DNA of 32,000 nt from Candidatus Saccharimonadota bacterium. Its GTDB lineage: Bacteria > Patescibacteriota > Saccharimonadia > Saccharimonadales > UBA4665. The translations under genes were made by a program, and so were the position numbers. The notes below the pieces were generated by a model. It worked only from the letters and a program-made list of their open reading frames with translations. It had not been told where the DNA came from and made no database searches. The stretch lies in the NCBI GenBank assembly GCA_016700375.1, contig CP065016.1, positions 330,001-362,000 on the forward strand. The letters run 5' to 3'. Positions 1 through 9,658 of this stretch are shown piece after piece. Each line of letters opens with the position of its first letter. Position 1 is the stretch's first letter.

Positions 1-2
1 CT

Positions 3-137
3 ATCAGTCTAGCGGAAAACCTTTCTCTTGACCAGACAGCGAGATATTTATATAACCCAGATAGCGTCAGACATATGCTATGCTTGAGATGGTATAAATC
101 TAACCAGGGTGGCGTGAAATTCGCCAATCGGACGTGA
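3..137 (+). CDS. possible 3' end of a gene entering from upstream; the tail resembles an excisionase/MerR-type HTH
   Basis: Frame 3 is open from the window edge to TGA at 135-137 (ISLAENLSLDQTARYLYNPDSVRHMLCLRWYKSNQGGVKFANRT*). 'LSLDQTARYL..SVRHM' looks like a helix-turn-helix. Only 44 codons are visible. Confidence 0.2.
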   Translation: MSLAENLSLDQTARYLYNPDSVRHMLCLRWYKSNQGGVKFANRT

Positions 138-160
138 TTGACCGTTTGGGGTCATAAGTC

Positions 161-238
161 GTCGATCCGTCAGCTGACGGAATGAGAACGTGCAATTCGT
201 TCACCGGCCGTACAGTCGGAATCCGTCAAACGACGGAT
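161..238 (+). promoter_or_regulatory. pair of related palindromes in the leader of the EamA gene (candidate operator or attenuator hairpins)
   Basis: There is a perfect 14-bp palindrome CCGTCAGCTGACGG at 167-180. A 7-bp-stem hairpin ATCCGTC-aaac-GACGGAT lies at 221-238. Both are preceded by GTCG(G)A(A)TCCGTCA, and the second ends 8 nt before the SD. Confidence 0.3.
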
Positions 239-268
239 GCTTCCCAAGGAGGCAGAAAGGGAACTAGT

Positions 269-1177
269 ATGAAGAAGATTGCCCAGGCGGGAGCTTTGGC
301 TGTTATTATCGCCGCATTGCTATGGAGTATAGATGGCCTCCTGCGTCGCCACCTATACTCGCTGCCACCAAGCGTCATCGTGTTCTGGGAGCACTTGCTT
401 GGGCTGGTTTTTCTGGTACCGTTTCTTCTAAAAACACGCGAAAAGTTTGGCGAACTCACCCGTAAACAGTGGTGGGCGATGGGTCTTGTGGCGCTACTAT
501 CCGGCGCCCTCGGAACCATACTCTACACAGCAGCACTTGGGCAAATTAACTTCATCAACTTTTCGGTTGTAGTACTTCTGCAGCAACTCAACCCCATCTT
601 TGCCATAGCCACCGCCGCCGTGCTGCTGCGTGAAAAACTGAGTAAACAGTTTATTTTGCTTTCGGTCATTGCCCTCGCAGGCGCCTACCTGGTGAGCTTC
701 CCAGACATGCGCGTAAACCTCGATACGGGCAAGGGGACACTTATTGCTGCGCTGTACGCCGCTGGTGCTGCCGCAAGTTGGGGTATCGGTACGGCGTTTT
801 CAAAGTACGCGCTGAAGGGCACATCCTATCCGCATGTCACGGCAGCACGGTTTGGACTTACGGCCGTACTATCACTGTTTTTCGTCATTGGCAGCGGCTC
901 GGCTAGCGCGATTTCTGCGCTCACACAAACACAGTTTTTCTACCTACTTGCTATTACGTTTAGCACTGGCCAGGTTGCACTACTCATCTATTATTATGGG
1001 CTACAACGAGTAGCTGCGAGCCGCGCCGCAATCCTAGAACTCGCCTGGCCCCTCAGTGCCGTCATCATCGGCTGGCTCTTCCTGAGCCAAGGCCTGACCC
1101 TCACCCAAGCCCTAGGAGCCATAACCCTGCTCGCCACAACTTACCTGCTTGTTTCTTCAAACAACGAAATTACATAG
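269..1177 (+). CDS. EamA/DMT-family permease (10-TM drug/metabolite transporter)
   Basis: ATG at 269 follows AAGGAGG (246-252). The 302-aa product is almost entirely hydrophobic helices in two halves (LLWSIDGLLRR.. and ..AAASWGIGTAFSKYAL..), as in duplicated EamA domains. The longer track ORF from 182 adds a non-hydrophobic, unsupported extension. Confidence 0.75.
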   Translation: MKKIAQAGALAVIIAALLWSIDGLLRRHLYSLPPSVIVFWEHLLGLVFLVPFLLKTREKFGELTRKQWWAMGLVALLSGALGTILYTAALGQINFINFSVVVLLQQLNPIFAIATAAVLLREKLSKQFILLSVIALAGAYLVSFPDMRVNLDTGKGTLIAALYAAGAAASWGIGTAFSKYALKGTSYPHVTAARFGLTAVLSLFFVIGSGSASAISALTQTQFFYLLAITFSTGQVALLIYYYGLQRVAASRAAILELAWPLSAVIIGWLFLSQGLTLTQALGAITLLATTYLLVSSNNEIT

Positions 1178-1196
1178 CCGCCACAACAGGACCTGT

Positions 1197-2207
1197 TTAC
1201 TTTTTTTTAGAAAAATGCTGCCAGTCTTTGTTCAAGCCGTTAAAATCGCCACCCCAAGTCCAGCCCCGTTCAGTGAACAGTTGAATTACCTGAGCACCCA
1301 GCGCGGTATCTCTGCCGAGCATTCCAGGACTTAATTGATCCCTATTGAGATAATCTGTTCCTGCTAATGGCGATACTTTTGTTCCGTTCAAGCTTAGAAA
1401 TGGATTCTGCAAGGGGTTAATATCTACCGCGAGTCCATATCCGTGGCTAGATACGGTCGGCGGTGTTTTATCGGGAACATTCCGGCAATTGAACCCAGAC
1501 GTGTTATTCGCTTTCATAGAATATGCGTCGATTTTTTGTGCCTCAAATAGATTGGGTGTTGCCAAAGTTTTTGGTGCAAGCTTTTCAAGCGGCTTAACGG
1601 TGTCGAGCGGAAACCCTAACGAATACATTTTCTCAAAGATTTCGGCAATATCATTAGCGACCGATTTATGCACATCAATCTCACCCGTGCGACTACTGCC
1701 ATCAAAGGCAACATACGGAACATACACTCGCCTGAGTTCAGCTGGCGTAGCCAAGCAACCAGCCCGCCACGACACATTATTCATTCTAGCTATTTGCAAA
1801 TCTGTAAGGGTATTTATACGACTTTTTGGCAACCCTATGCAACCACCGCCTGTCTGCAGAACGGCGCCCAAAACTGCTTCACCTAGAACAGATTGATTAA
1901 ACCGGCGAATATCTTCCTCGGGCAATCCCTCTCGAGTTGCTATTTGCCCGAGGTCCATCGGTTTTTCGACAGGGGTACGCGTGTGTCCTGTGGCCACAAG
2001 AGTTCGGCATGTATCAGATAGGTCATTGGGCGACGGCGTAGCACCTATAGCATTCGGTGACGGACCAACCGTGGCGAAGGCGTCTGCCTCTGCTGTTAAC
2101 ACAGAGGCAGGTCTTGCTGGTCTTGCCGATTCATCCGACGAACATCCACCCAATAAGACTGCAGTGACCAACCCTGCTCCAATAATCACATTATGGTTTG
2201 TTTTCAT
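1197..2207 (-). CDS. lipoprotein with C-terminal M15-family zinc peptidase domain (VanY / D-Ala-D-Ala carboxypeptidase-like)
   Basis: There is a signal peptide with lipobox LLGG|C. The zinc ligand pattern is H-x6-D in 'SSHGYGLAVDIN' plus 'WTWGGDF..DWQHF'. It is the last gene of the minus-strand operon. Confidence 0.8.
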   Translation of the reverse strand: MKTNHNVIIGAGLVTAVLLGGCSSDESARPARPASVLTAEADAFATVGPSPNAIGATPSPNDLSDTCRTLVATGHTRTPVEKPMDLGQIATREGLPEEDIRRFNQSVLGEAVLGAVLQTGGGCIGLPKSRINTLTDLQIARMNNVSWRAGCLATPAELRRVYVPYVAFDGSSRTGEIDVHKSVANDIAEIFEKMYSLGFPLDTVKPLEKLAPKTLATPNLFEAQKIDAYSMKANNTSGFNCRNVPDKTPPTVSSHGYGLAVDINPLQNPFLSLNGTKVSPLAGTDYLNRDQLSPGMLGRDTALGAQVIQLFTERGWTWGGDFNGLNKDWQHFSKKK

Positions 2208-2235
2208 GCTACAAACACTTTTATTACTTTATATC

Positions 2236-5200
2236 CTACTTAAATATTGCGACAGCAACGCTGTTTGCATCAAAAATATCGCTCTGTGGATCATAGGCTA
2301 CCATGGTTTTTGCAAAACTATTAGGATCTAAGACAAGTATCTTTCCTTCGGCGGTAACTCCTCGAATGACAAAGATGTGGCCACCTTTTGTACCAGGTGT
2401 CGCGGGATCTGTATCGGTTCCATTGGTAATGACATAGCCCCCAGCGTCAGTAACCTTTTTAATCTCTTCAAGAGAATCGGGATTAATGTTTTTTGCTTTT
2501 AGACCAAAGTGTTCCGCGATAGCTGCAAATGCGCCGTGTGACGTTCCTTCGTCGGCTCGAAAACCTTTCTTTACGTTTAATTCGCCAACCTCAACAGGGC
2601 TAATAAACCGCCCCAAAAGGTTAGAATAGACCATAGCTTGGCTGGTAGGGCCGCAGCCGCTCGATGTTATTGTTCTGCCACTTTGGTCAGGGCGTTGATA
2701 TGCACTTTCGGCCCACCGTTCATCATGCTGGTTTAAGTAGGTATGACCCTTCCACTTGTCTGGTACGGTTTCGCTGCCTTTTTTCATGCCTACTACTTTG
2801 CCGTTCTCATATACTGGCACGATTGTTCCGTGCCATTCGCCTTCAGCTCCTTCCGGCGCCGCTGGCTTTTCAGCCTTTGGCTGTACTACTGCCTGACCCG
2901 CAACCATAGCCTCAATTTTTGCTTTGTTTGCCATGATTTTCCTGACATACTTCTGGGTTTCTTCAAATGGCGGTATGCCTTTGTACTTCAATACATTTCC
3001 GAACCCGGCATTATAGCCTGCAAGCATGAGTTCATATGGATCCCCCTGTACCTTACCGGCAGCCAACGCACTCTGCGCGTTCTTGAACTGCTGGGAAAGA
3101 TAATATGCCTGAGCAGGAATTGCATACTTGACATCAAATGGGCTTGCGTCTGACGGGAAGTTTAGGTCTTTAACTATTTGCCCCCAGGTTGCATCTATAA
3201 ACTGAGCAATCCCTTTAGCTTCGCCGGATTTTGTCATCGGACCGACAGCGTCCTTTTTAAAGTTCGATTCTGCTTGAGCATCCGAAACAGTAATAGACAC
3301 AGGGATGCCATATTTATTAGCTGATGCAATGAATAAGTCAATATATTCTTGTGGTACTTTAAATTCAGCCAAGGCATTTTTTAACGCTGCCAATTGCGCT
3401 TCTGGGTCTATAGGTTTTTCTGCACCAGGACTTACAGGCTTTTGTTCCCCTGGAGCGGGCTGTTCCGGAGCATTTGGAGTTTCTGTTTGTACAGGCACTG
3501 GGGCGACTGGTTGCTGGGCGGCCTCGGCTGCTTTTGCTTGTGCAATAATATCGGCGAGTTCTTGCGCGTTTAAGTTATGTACATCAGAAAGCGCAACTAG
3601 TTTCGCTAGTTTCTGTAACTGTTCTTCGCTATAGAGATTTTTTCCAGCGCTAAATTGTTCTGTTTTGAGGAATTTTTCCATGCCATCCTCTACAAACTGC
3701 AAAATATACTTCTTGTCTGCCGGGGCAATACCTTCGGGGAGGCTTGAGAGCAAAATATTATAGACTTCTTTGGTTTGCGAGTTATCAAAAACATCTGGAA
3801 GCTGCGAGGCAACAACTGCGTGTGCAATGTAATTTTTGGCTGTCGTCGTAAAATCACCGTCTTTCTTGCTCACGGTATCGGCAACCCCTAAGAACATATT
3901 CGTAACGCGGTTAGGATCTTTCAGGGTAGCACCGGTCACTCCCTGGAACCCACGGAGCAGACTATCCGCGAGTTCCAGGGTACTCTTCGTAAGAACTTCA
4001 GCATGCTTAACTGCATCTTTTAAGATAGTCTCTTGGGCGGGAGGAAGCGTAACTTTTTTTGGGGTCACAATCGATTGGCCAGAACCGACTTCCGGTTGTG
4101 AGGGCGCTTGCCCATCAAGTGTCGGGCCAACGGCCACCGCACCAAGCGCCTCGCCACTGCTAAAAACTCTAGGCGCAGCAGTTGAAAACCTAACCTCGGA
4201 GGCAGCGGGTGGGGCAGCAGGGGCAGCTTGTGCGCCACTGACCGATCCGCCGAGTCCGGTTGAAACGACGATTATGCCGCCGAAACCAGCCTGAACGTCA
4301 GCTGGCTGCGCGGTCGTGCGACTAGACTCTGCGACAGGCCGTGGTGAGCTGGGCATGGCAGCAGCGCCAGATGCATTCGTAACGATTATTGCGCCCGCCA
4401 CAGCGGCGGTTGCAGCGGTCCGGACGGGACCTTTATGTGTTCGAAGCCATTCCCCAACATCTACCGTTGTGACCCTGCCGCCCGACTCTTGACCGGGGAT
4501 ATACGTTGGGTCGGTAATCTTGGGCTGTTTTTTCTCGGCACCAGGCATACGGACATCAACAATCGGTGATTTTTTGGGCGCAGACTCGGGTGTTTGCGCA
4601 GGAGAATCCGACCGCCGTGAACCATCCTTTTGTGGCTCAACATAGGTGCGCCCACAGGCCTGGAGCACCTGGGCTGCAGAGTGCCGATAGTTCGCAGGGA
4701 AGCTAGGAGCATTCAGCATTCTTTCGGCTGCCGCTACCAAATGATTTACCGTAGCACTCACACTTTCGAACCCTTTTTGGTTGTGTGGATTCTGACGGTT
4801 GTGAGCTACGATTTCTTGACTGATAGCAAGGGTTGTCTGCATGAGATGTGTCACATCTATGGGGTCGGGGCTTACTGGCTTCTTTGGATTACTCGCTAGC
4901 TGTGCCAGGCATCGGCTAAGTAGTGTCACCATACGTGCATCAAGCGCCTGCGGCAGCCCAACGAACCGGCTGACCTCATCATAGCCGCGCATTTTTGCCC
5001 GCTCGCCAACTATAACACTATTCGCAAAATTTCCTGCGAGTGCTTCGGCCTTCTTTGCGGCCTCGCTCGGCGGCAATTTTTTGTGCTCCGGGAGGTGCCG
5101 AACGGCTTCAATAAATATTTTTTCATTAAAATCCTTTTCCGGTTTACGTAGTTCATGTTTCAGACGCTCAAGTAAAGCTTCTCGATGTGCTACTCTGTCA

Positions 5201-5568
5201 ATGTCGTTTAAAGCCAAAACCCGTGCTTCCGACACAGGCAACCCTGCTTGTAGCGAACCGGTAAACGCGCCCCGTTTGTATAGTTCATCAAAATCGCGTC
5301 GAAGCCCTGAAACGTAAGGATTCTTGGCCATTTCTGGGTCATTATCATCGGCAATCCGCACTAATACTGAACCTTTTGCTCGGCTCGCAAACACCGGAAG
5401 CGCCTCAAGCGGTACTACTGTCTGATACATATCATGTAACAGCCCGGCAGCATTCTGCCTGAGTGTCCGAACAGCGTCAGGTGCAAAATCCTGCTGCGCG
5501 CCGGCTGGTGTTTCGGTTTCGACTGGTGGCATAGCTTCCGGTGCTGCGTTTCTACTTCTTCTAAACAT
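2236..5568 (-). CDS. 1110-aa membrane-anchored bifunctional peptidoglycan hydrolase: SLT lytic transglycosylase plus C39-like (papain-fold) cysteine peptidase
   Basis: SD AGGAG lies 6 nt upstream. The SLT motifs are 'AESNF', 'GIAQF' and 'AGYNAG'. The C-terminal 'YLNQHDERW..SGCGPTSQAMV..GGHIFVIRG..LDPNS' gives a Cys/His/Asp triad as in Peptidase_C39_2. A single TM (AATAAVAGAIIV) follows a ~390-aa N-terminal domain, then a Pro/Ala/Gly-rich spacer. Confidence 0.85.
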   Translation of the reverse strand: MFRRSRNAAPEAMPPVETETPAGAQQDFAPDAVRTLRQNAAGLLHDMYQTVVPLEALPVFASRAKGSVLVRIADDNDPEMAKNPYVSGLRRDFDELYKRGAFTGSLQAGLPVSEARVLALNDIDRVAHREALLERLKHELRKPEKDFNEKIFIEAVRHLPEHKKLPPSEAAKKAEALAGNFANSVIVGERAKMRGYDEVSRFVGLPQALDARMVTLLSRCLAQLASNPKKPVSPDPIDVTHLMQTTLAISQEIVAHNRQNPHNQKGFESVSATVNHLVAAAERMLNAPSFPANYRHSAAQVLQACGRTYVEPQKDGSRRSDSPAQTPESAPKKSPIVDVRMPGAEKKQPKITDPTYIPGQESGGRVTTVDVGEWLRTHKGPVRTAATAAVAGAIIVTNASGAAAMPSSPRPVAESSRTTAQPADVQAGFGGIIVVSTGLGGSVSGAQAAPAAPPAASEVRFSTAAPRVFSSGEALGAVAVGPTLDGQAPSQPEVGSGQSIVTPKKVTLPPAQETILKDAVKHAEVLTKSTLELADSLLRGFQGVTGATLKDPNRVTNMFLGVADTVSKKDGDFTTTAKNYIAHAVVASQLPDVFDNSQTKEVYNILLSSLPEGIAPADKKYILQFVEDGMEKFLKTEQFSAGKNLYSEEQLQKLAKLVALSDVHNLNAQELADIIAQAKAAEAAQQPVAPVPVQTETPNAPEQPAPGEQKPVSPGAEKPIDPEAQLAALKNALAEFKVPQEYIDLFIASANKYGIPVSITVSDAQAESNFKKDAVGPMTKSGEAKGIAQFIDATWGQIVKDLNFPSDASPFDVKYAIPAQAYYLSQQFKNAQSALAAGKVQGDPYELMLAGYNAGFGNVLKYKGIPPFEETQKYVRKIMANKAKIEAMVAGQAVVQPKAEKPAAPEGAEGEWHGTIVPVYENGKVVGMKKGSETVPDKWKGHTYLNQHDERWAESAYQRPDQSGRTITSSGCGPTSQAMVYSNLLGRFISPVEVGELNVKKGFRADEGTSHGAFAAIAEHFGLKAKNINPDSLEEIKKVTDAGGYVITNGTDTDPATPGTKGGHIFVIRGVTAEGKILVLDPNSFAKTMVAYDPQSDIFDANSVAVAIFK

Positions 5569-5594
5569 GACTGGCTCCTATTACCGTATATTAT

Positions 5595-6587
5595 TTACCC
5601 TTGGTCTTTAACGATATTTAAGATAGACGGAACCTCTCTGGGTTTCCCAACAACTGCACCCGATATTGTGCTCGGCTGAGGATCAGGGGAATGCGGAAAT
5701 AGTCCGCTGGGAGCATCTAGTACCACCTGCGCCCTATCGCGCAAACCTCCCGCGACAAGCCGTGTTGTTGCGACAATAGATGTATACTGTCTTACAAAAT
5801 CCATGACTCTCATAAGGACTACCGTCGCAAGTTCATCGGACAACCCTTCAGTAGCAGCAATAATTTTTCGCATTGCTTCCCGCTGCTTCGCCGCATCATT
5901 CTGGGCGTTCGGGATAGCCACATGTAAACGATTTAGTAAACTTTCAACTGTTTGGTCAACATCATATTCTTTCATCTCTTTTTCAAAATCACCCAGGATA
6001 CGTCCTTTGGGTGGATTTTGCACAAGATGAGTTCGCTGGCGAACAATTGACTGCATGTCCTGAAGTGCTAACTTTGAGTGAGAGTCCTCTGTCTTGACGG
6101 CAGCTTCATAACCCTTGTGAAAACCACGAAATAGTTCTTCTTGACTCCTGTTATGCGAACCGTAACGTCCCAGGGCTATTAACAGCTCATCCCCCCTCGT
6201 CACGATGCCATCTTCGGGTAATCGTGCGTCTTCTGCAGTTGGCTGGCCAGGGAGCTTTCTATCGCGGGCAAATAACTCCGTGCGAAAATATTGACTACGA
6301 ATATCTGCTGCGTTTCGCACAGCCCCGACCACAAATGAAAGTGCCCCCACTTGAAGCTCAACCCGCTCAAAAGGATTTTTCACCGGGTACTGTTCTTGTT
6401 CATAAAAACTGGTCGATAGACCCCTCACAATTTGGGGCAGATTTACTGGTGCTACGTCCACCAATTCTTCGCCAACCGCCAGACTGCCCACTGGTGCTAC
6501 CGCAAACTGAGCATCTGCATGTACAAGCGCCAAGCTTTTATCACTCTCAGGTTGAATCCTTTGTCTCAGTGTATCCATTATTCCCAT
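5595..6587 (-). CDS. hypothetical soluble protein (330 aa), operon member
   Basis: SD AAGGAG is upstream, 16 nt after the preceding stop. There is no TM segment and I recognise no motif. The antisense ORFs 5803-6030 and 6224-6802 lack SDs. Confidence 0.7.
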   Translation of the reverse strand: MGIMDTLRQRIQPESDKSLALVHADAQFAVAPVGSLAVGEELVDVAPVNLPQIVRGLSTSFYEQEQYPVKNPFERVELQVGALSFVVGAVRNAADIRSQYFRTELFARDRKLPGQPTAEDARLPEDGIVTRGDELLIALGRYGSHNRSQEELFRGFHKGYEAAVKTEDSHSKLALQDMQSIVRQRTHLVQNPPKGRILGDFEKEMKEYDVDQTVESLLNRLHVAIPNAQNDAAKQREAMRKIIAATEGLSDELATVVLMRVMDFVRQYTSIVATTRLVAGGLRDRAQVVLDAPSGLFPHSPDPQPSTISGAVVGKPREVPSILNIVKDQG

Positions 6588-6603
6588 GTCGGCTGGTACT
6601 CCT

Positions 6604-8058
6604 TTATGATTTATCCGGTATTAGGGTTGTTACTGGGTCGGGTTGGTCGGGCTTGGTGGCTTTCGTGACGAGCTGCACGGTGCTCGTACTGACTTTCGCG
6701 GCCGCAAGATACGCCTTAACAACAGCCTCTCCTTGGGCGGAGATGGTGTCATCACCCTTAAATATGACCTGGAGGATGGTATTTGGGTCATTCAGACCAT
6801 AGGCCTTTTTCATACCTTCCTTAACCATGTCGATAAGTGTTACTTTATGCTGACCACTGTAGATACTTTGCATACCTGCCGCAATAACCTCTTGTATCAT
6901 ATTGACCTGGTTTTCTTCGTATTTCTTTTTGATGTGAGTAATTACTGCCTGAACGGCCATCTCTTGGGTTGAAGTGGCTGGATAGAGATTGGGCGGTATG
7001 ACTTCTTTAAGTGGGGCAGTTGGCTCGGTAAACAGCTTCGCAACATTAGCGATACACGTCTCATACGGGTTACTTGGCTGGTCTTTTTTGCAGTCAATAC
7101 GGTCAAAAAACGGCGGCACATCAGTTTTGGTTGCAGCTTCGGACGGGTTTGGTTTGATAGTCACAGAGACTTTACTGAGGTCAACAGTTGCGATTTTCTT
7201 TGCTTTGTCTATAGCCACCGCCGATTTGGCCGGGTCGACGTCGTACGGCGCATTCAAAACAATCAGGCCCGTCCAGGGTGCGGTAGTACGGAACATATTT
7301 TCCGCCGGCAAATCGGTGAAACCATTAAATTTGGTCGGGTCAGCAGGAGAGGTAAAATTCCAAGATGTTTTAGCGGTTGTTTCTGCTTTAAAGGTAGCGA
7401 TTGTGGCATCCTTGAGCGGCCCTGTCTTACCATTCACAATTGCAGCACCGTCGGCAATAACAAGACTCTCTGCCGATATACCTGAGCGGCCGGGCAGGAA
7501 GCTCATTAGCTTGTCGCGAAATACCACCCCAGCGCCAGATAGACCAACCGCAAGTGCAGCCACAACGGCAACACGTTTTTTGTGCGAGGTTCTTGGCCGC
7601 TCCAGTGGTACCAAATGGGAGGGTAATTCACCTATATGACGAACGGTGGTCGGGCCAGATGGCGCTACGGGCGCAGAATTATTACCGTACCTTAAGGGCG
7701 TGCCGCGGCGGCGACTCTCTAACGCAGCACCAAACATACCTTGCGCAAGCACAAGTGCTGCCCCCTCTACGTCTATACCCATTAGCGGCGAGGACCCCGT
7801 ACCCTCATAGTATTCGGATGGGTGAGTATCATCTGTGCCTGGTATGGTTTGTCGTCGCGCCACCGTGCCGGCATGAGGGGAACCAAGGGCTTCGTGACGA
7901 GTGCGTGCGGCCTGACGGTCGGTTGATAAACCAATCGGGGCACTGTGCGGTAGCACAACGTATGGTTCCGGCGCGGGCCGGACTGGCGGTTGGTCCGCCG
8001 CTGGCGGTATTTCAGCAGCCGGCCCAGAAGCAGACCGTCGCCATGGCAGTGGGGGCAT
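6604..8058 (-). CDS. hypothetical bitopic membrane protein (484 aa): Pro-rich cytoplasmic tail, one TM, ~300-aa exported domain
   Basis: ATG at 8058 overlaps the upstream TAA (TAATG), with GAGGTG 6 nt upstream; the track's GTG at 8064 is an alternative start. The TM is 'VAVVAALAVGLSGAGVVF'. The exported part is Lys/Thr/Pro-rich. Confidence 0.7.
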   Translation of the reverse strand: MPPLPWRRSASGPAAEIPPAADQPPVRPAPEPYVVLPHSAPIGLSTDRQAARTRHEALGSPHAGTVARRQTIPGTDDTHPSEYYEGTGSSPLMGIDVEGAALVLAQGMFGAALESRRRGTPLRYGNNSAPVAPSGPTTVRHIGELPSHLVPLERPRTSHKKRVAVVAALAVGLSGAGVVFRDKLMSFLPGRSGISAESLVIADGAAIVNGKTGPLKDATIATFKAETTAKTSWNFTSPADPTKFNGFTDLPAENMFRTTAPWTGLIVLNAPYDVDPAKSAVAIDKAKKIATVDLSKVSVTIKPNPSEAATKTDVPPFFDRIDCKKDQPSNPYETCIANVAKLFTEPTAPLKEVIPPNLYPATSTQEMAVQAVITHIKKKYEENQVNMIQEVIAAGMQSIYSGQHKVTLIDMVKEGMKKAYGLNDPNTILQVIFKGDDTISAQGEAVVKAYLAAAKVSTSTVQLVTKATKPDQPDPVTTLIPDKS

Positions 8059-8594
8059 TACCACACCTCACTTTCGTTCACTTGGAGCGGTATAGCGACT
8101 TCACGAGACTCGACCGCAACCACGCTAGGGACAACAATAGACGAGATGGACGAGATTCCCCGGGTGGGTTCTGCTGGCGGCGTGCATAGCACATCACTCT
8201 TGGGCATAAGGGTATTGATTGCGACATTGGCAACGGGATTCTGTTTTGCCCAGCATATACCTGCCGCACCAGACTTGTACGCGCCCACTTCAGCACCGTA
8301 GTGTACTGCTGGAACGGCCGCTGCAAATAGCACGAGGCTAACAACCCTCCCCGCTAATCCGCTTTTCCTCCCCTGGGGGCTAGGACCCCGTCGTTCAGCG
8401 CCCATTTGCGAATACTGCGGGTAAGGAATGCGGTCATGTGGGGCAAAATCTTGCCGGTACGGAGCGACTGCGCGAGTTTGCGGCAAATTTGCAGGAGCAT
8501 TTGGGTCTACGATAACCAGTTCTTGAAGACCCGTTCGAGTATTCACAACCCGAATCACGCGCTGACCGGCCCCAACATCATGTCGCTTACTCAT
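8058..8594 (-). CDS. hypothetical bitopic membrane protein (178 aa)
   Basis: The start overlaps the upstream stop (ATGA at 8591-8594). The TM is 'VVSLVLFAAAVPAVHYGA'. The ~75-aa C-terminal domain contains two Cys. Confidence 0.65.
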   Translation of the reverse strand: MSKRHDVGAGQRVIRVVNTRTGLQELVIVDPNAPANLPQTRAVAPYRQDFAPHDRIPYPQYSQMGAERRGPSPQGRKSGLAGRVVSLVLFAAAVPAVHYGAEVGAYKSGAAGICWAKQNPVANVAINTLMPKSDVLCTPPAEPTRGISSISSIVVPSVVAVESREVAIPLQVNESEVW

Positions 8595-9658
8595 AGTTTC
8601 GTCGCCCCCTCCAAGCCTTTATTTACCTGCTCAGGCGACAAAGGCTTACAAACCGGAGCAGGACCCTGGAGCTCGAAAGTGAGCTTTAATGACTGGTCTG
8701 AAGTATTTTTTTCTAAAACCTCTTTCTTGGCGTCTGCATACTGATTGTCGAGCGTAATGCTGTCGGGGAGCGTTACGGCAACATCGGCTGGCGTTATTGG
8801 ATTACCTGGATTGTATTGGTTGTATTCTTTCACAACTTTGTCTTTAAGACTTGTCGCAACCTGTTCCTTCAGCGTTATCCAGGCTGGGTTCGCGCAGGCC
8901 TTTGTAACATAGTCTGCCGCAGCCCAGCGAGCCACATCGCGCCCGTAGGTGCGCAAAATGTCAGCACCAGAGGCGCTGGGGTCATTATTGAGCCCAAGGG
9001 TAAATAGCACCGTCTTGAGTTGCTCGTCAATCTGCGATGCCGCCGTGCCGCCAATATTCATCACTTGGCCATAGGCCTTTGGGTCGATAGGGTTTGTCGG
9101 ATATACGAATGTTTCCCAGGTAGAGCCATCGGCCGTTAGCGTAACCCGCGGTGTACCTTTTTTTGCGTCATTATCTATGATACGTTCGAGCGTTTTTGAC
9201 TGCGGGCAAATAATATTCGTCATATTCCCAGTGTATGTCGTGACAATAGTCGGGTCTAACGGCCCCATCACAACTGGTAAATCGACATCAACCTGGCTTT
9301 TCGTTGCCACGTCTGAGCGATACCCCCCTATACAGGTTCGGTCAAGAGCAAAGGTATCGGTGACCTTGCCGTGTTTCACCTCTACCGATGTATGTACGCC
9401 GACCTGGGCCATTGTATCTTCTATCAGGTTCGAGAATCCCTGGAAGGCACCGTGCAGTGCGGCACCTGCCAAGACCAAGAAAGCACCGGCGCGTAGCGGG
9501 TGCCTCGCTACGTTGCCAAATAGCATACCGGGCATAAACACACCAGCGTCAGACCGGAGTCGGTTCATACCTGTTATTTGTGCACTGTCTTGCGTGCAGT
9601 CTGGCATACCGTCATTCGGTTGCGATTGCGTTTCAGGTGTTGGAGCCGAGAGACTCAT
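8591..9658 (-). CDS. hypothetical bitopic membrane protein (355 aa), first large gene of the operon
   Basis: SD AAAGAGGT lies 8 nt upstream of ATG 9658. The TM is 'AGAFLVLAGAALHGAF', followed by a ~280-aa exported domain with no motif I recognise. Confidence 0.7.
   Translation of the reverse strand: MSLSAPTPETQSQPNDGMPDCTQDSAQITGMNRLRSDAGVFMPGMLFGNVARHPLRAGAFLVLAGAALHGAFQGFSNLIEDTMAQVGVHTSVEVKHGKVTDTFALDRTCIGGYRSDVATKSQVDVDLPVVMGPLDPTIVTTYTGNMTNIICPQSKTLERIIDNDAKKGTPRVTLTADGSTWETFVYPTNPIDPKAYGQVMNIGGTAASQIDEQLKTVLFTLGLNNDPSASGADILRTYGRDVARWAAADYVTKACANPAWITLKEQVATSLKDKVVKEYNQYNPGNPITPADVAVTLPDSITLDNQYADAKKEVLEKNTSDQSLKLTFELQGPAPVCKPLSPEQVNKGLEGATKL

Noticed and set aside
1188-1210. Possible intrinsic terminator after the EamA gene (ACAGgacCTGT followed by a T-run)
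   Set aside because: The stem is only 4-6 bp with a minimal loop. The T-run is simply the Lys codons (AAA) at the 3' end of the convergent M15 gene.
6224-8189. Long plus-strand ORFs (6224-6802, 6989-7639, 7554-8189) opposite the envelope operon
   Set aside because: They overlap each other and the SD-led, overlap-coupled minus-strand genes. Their products are low-complexity with no start context.
2236-9658. Calling the operon a type IV secretion or conjugation system
   Set aside because: Only the VirB1-like hydrolase analogy holds. There is no VirB4/VirD4 ATPase, relaxase or VirB6-like polytopic protein in the window, so it is reported as an unknown envelope module.
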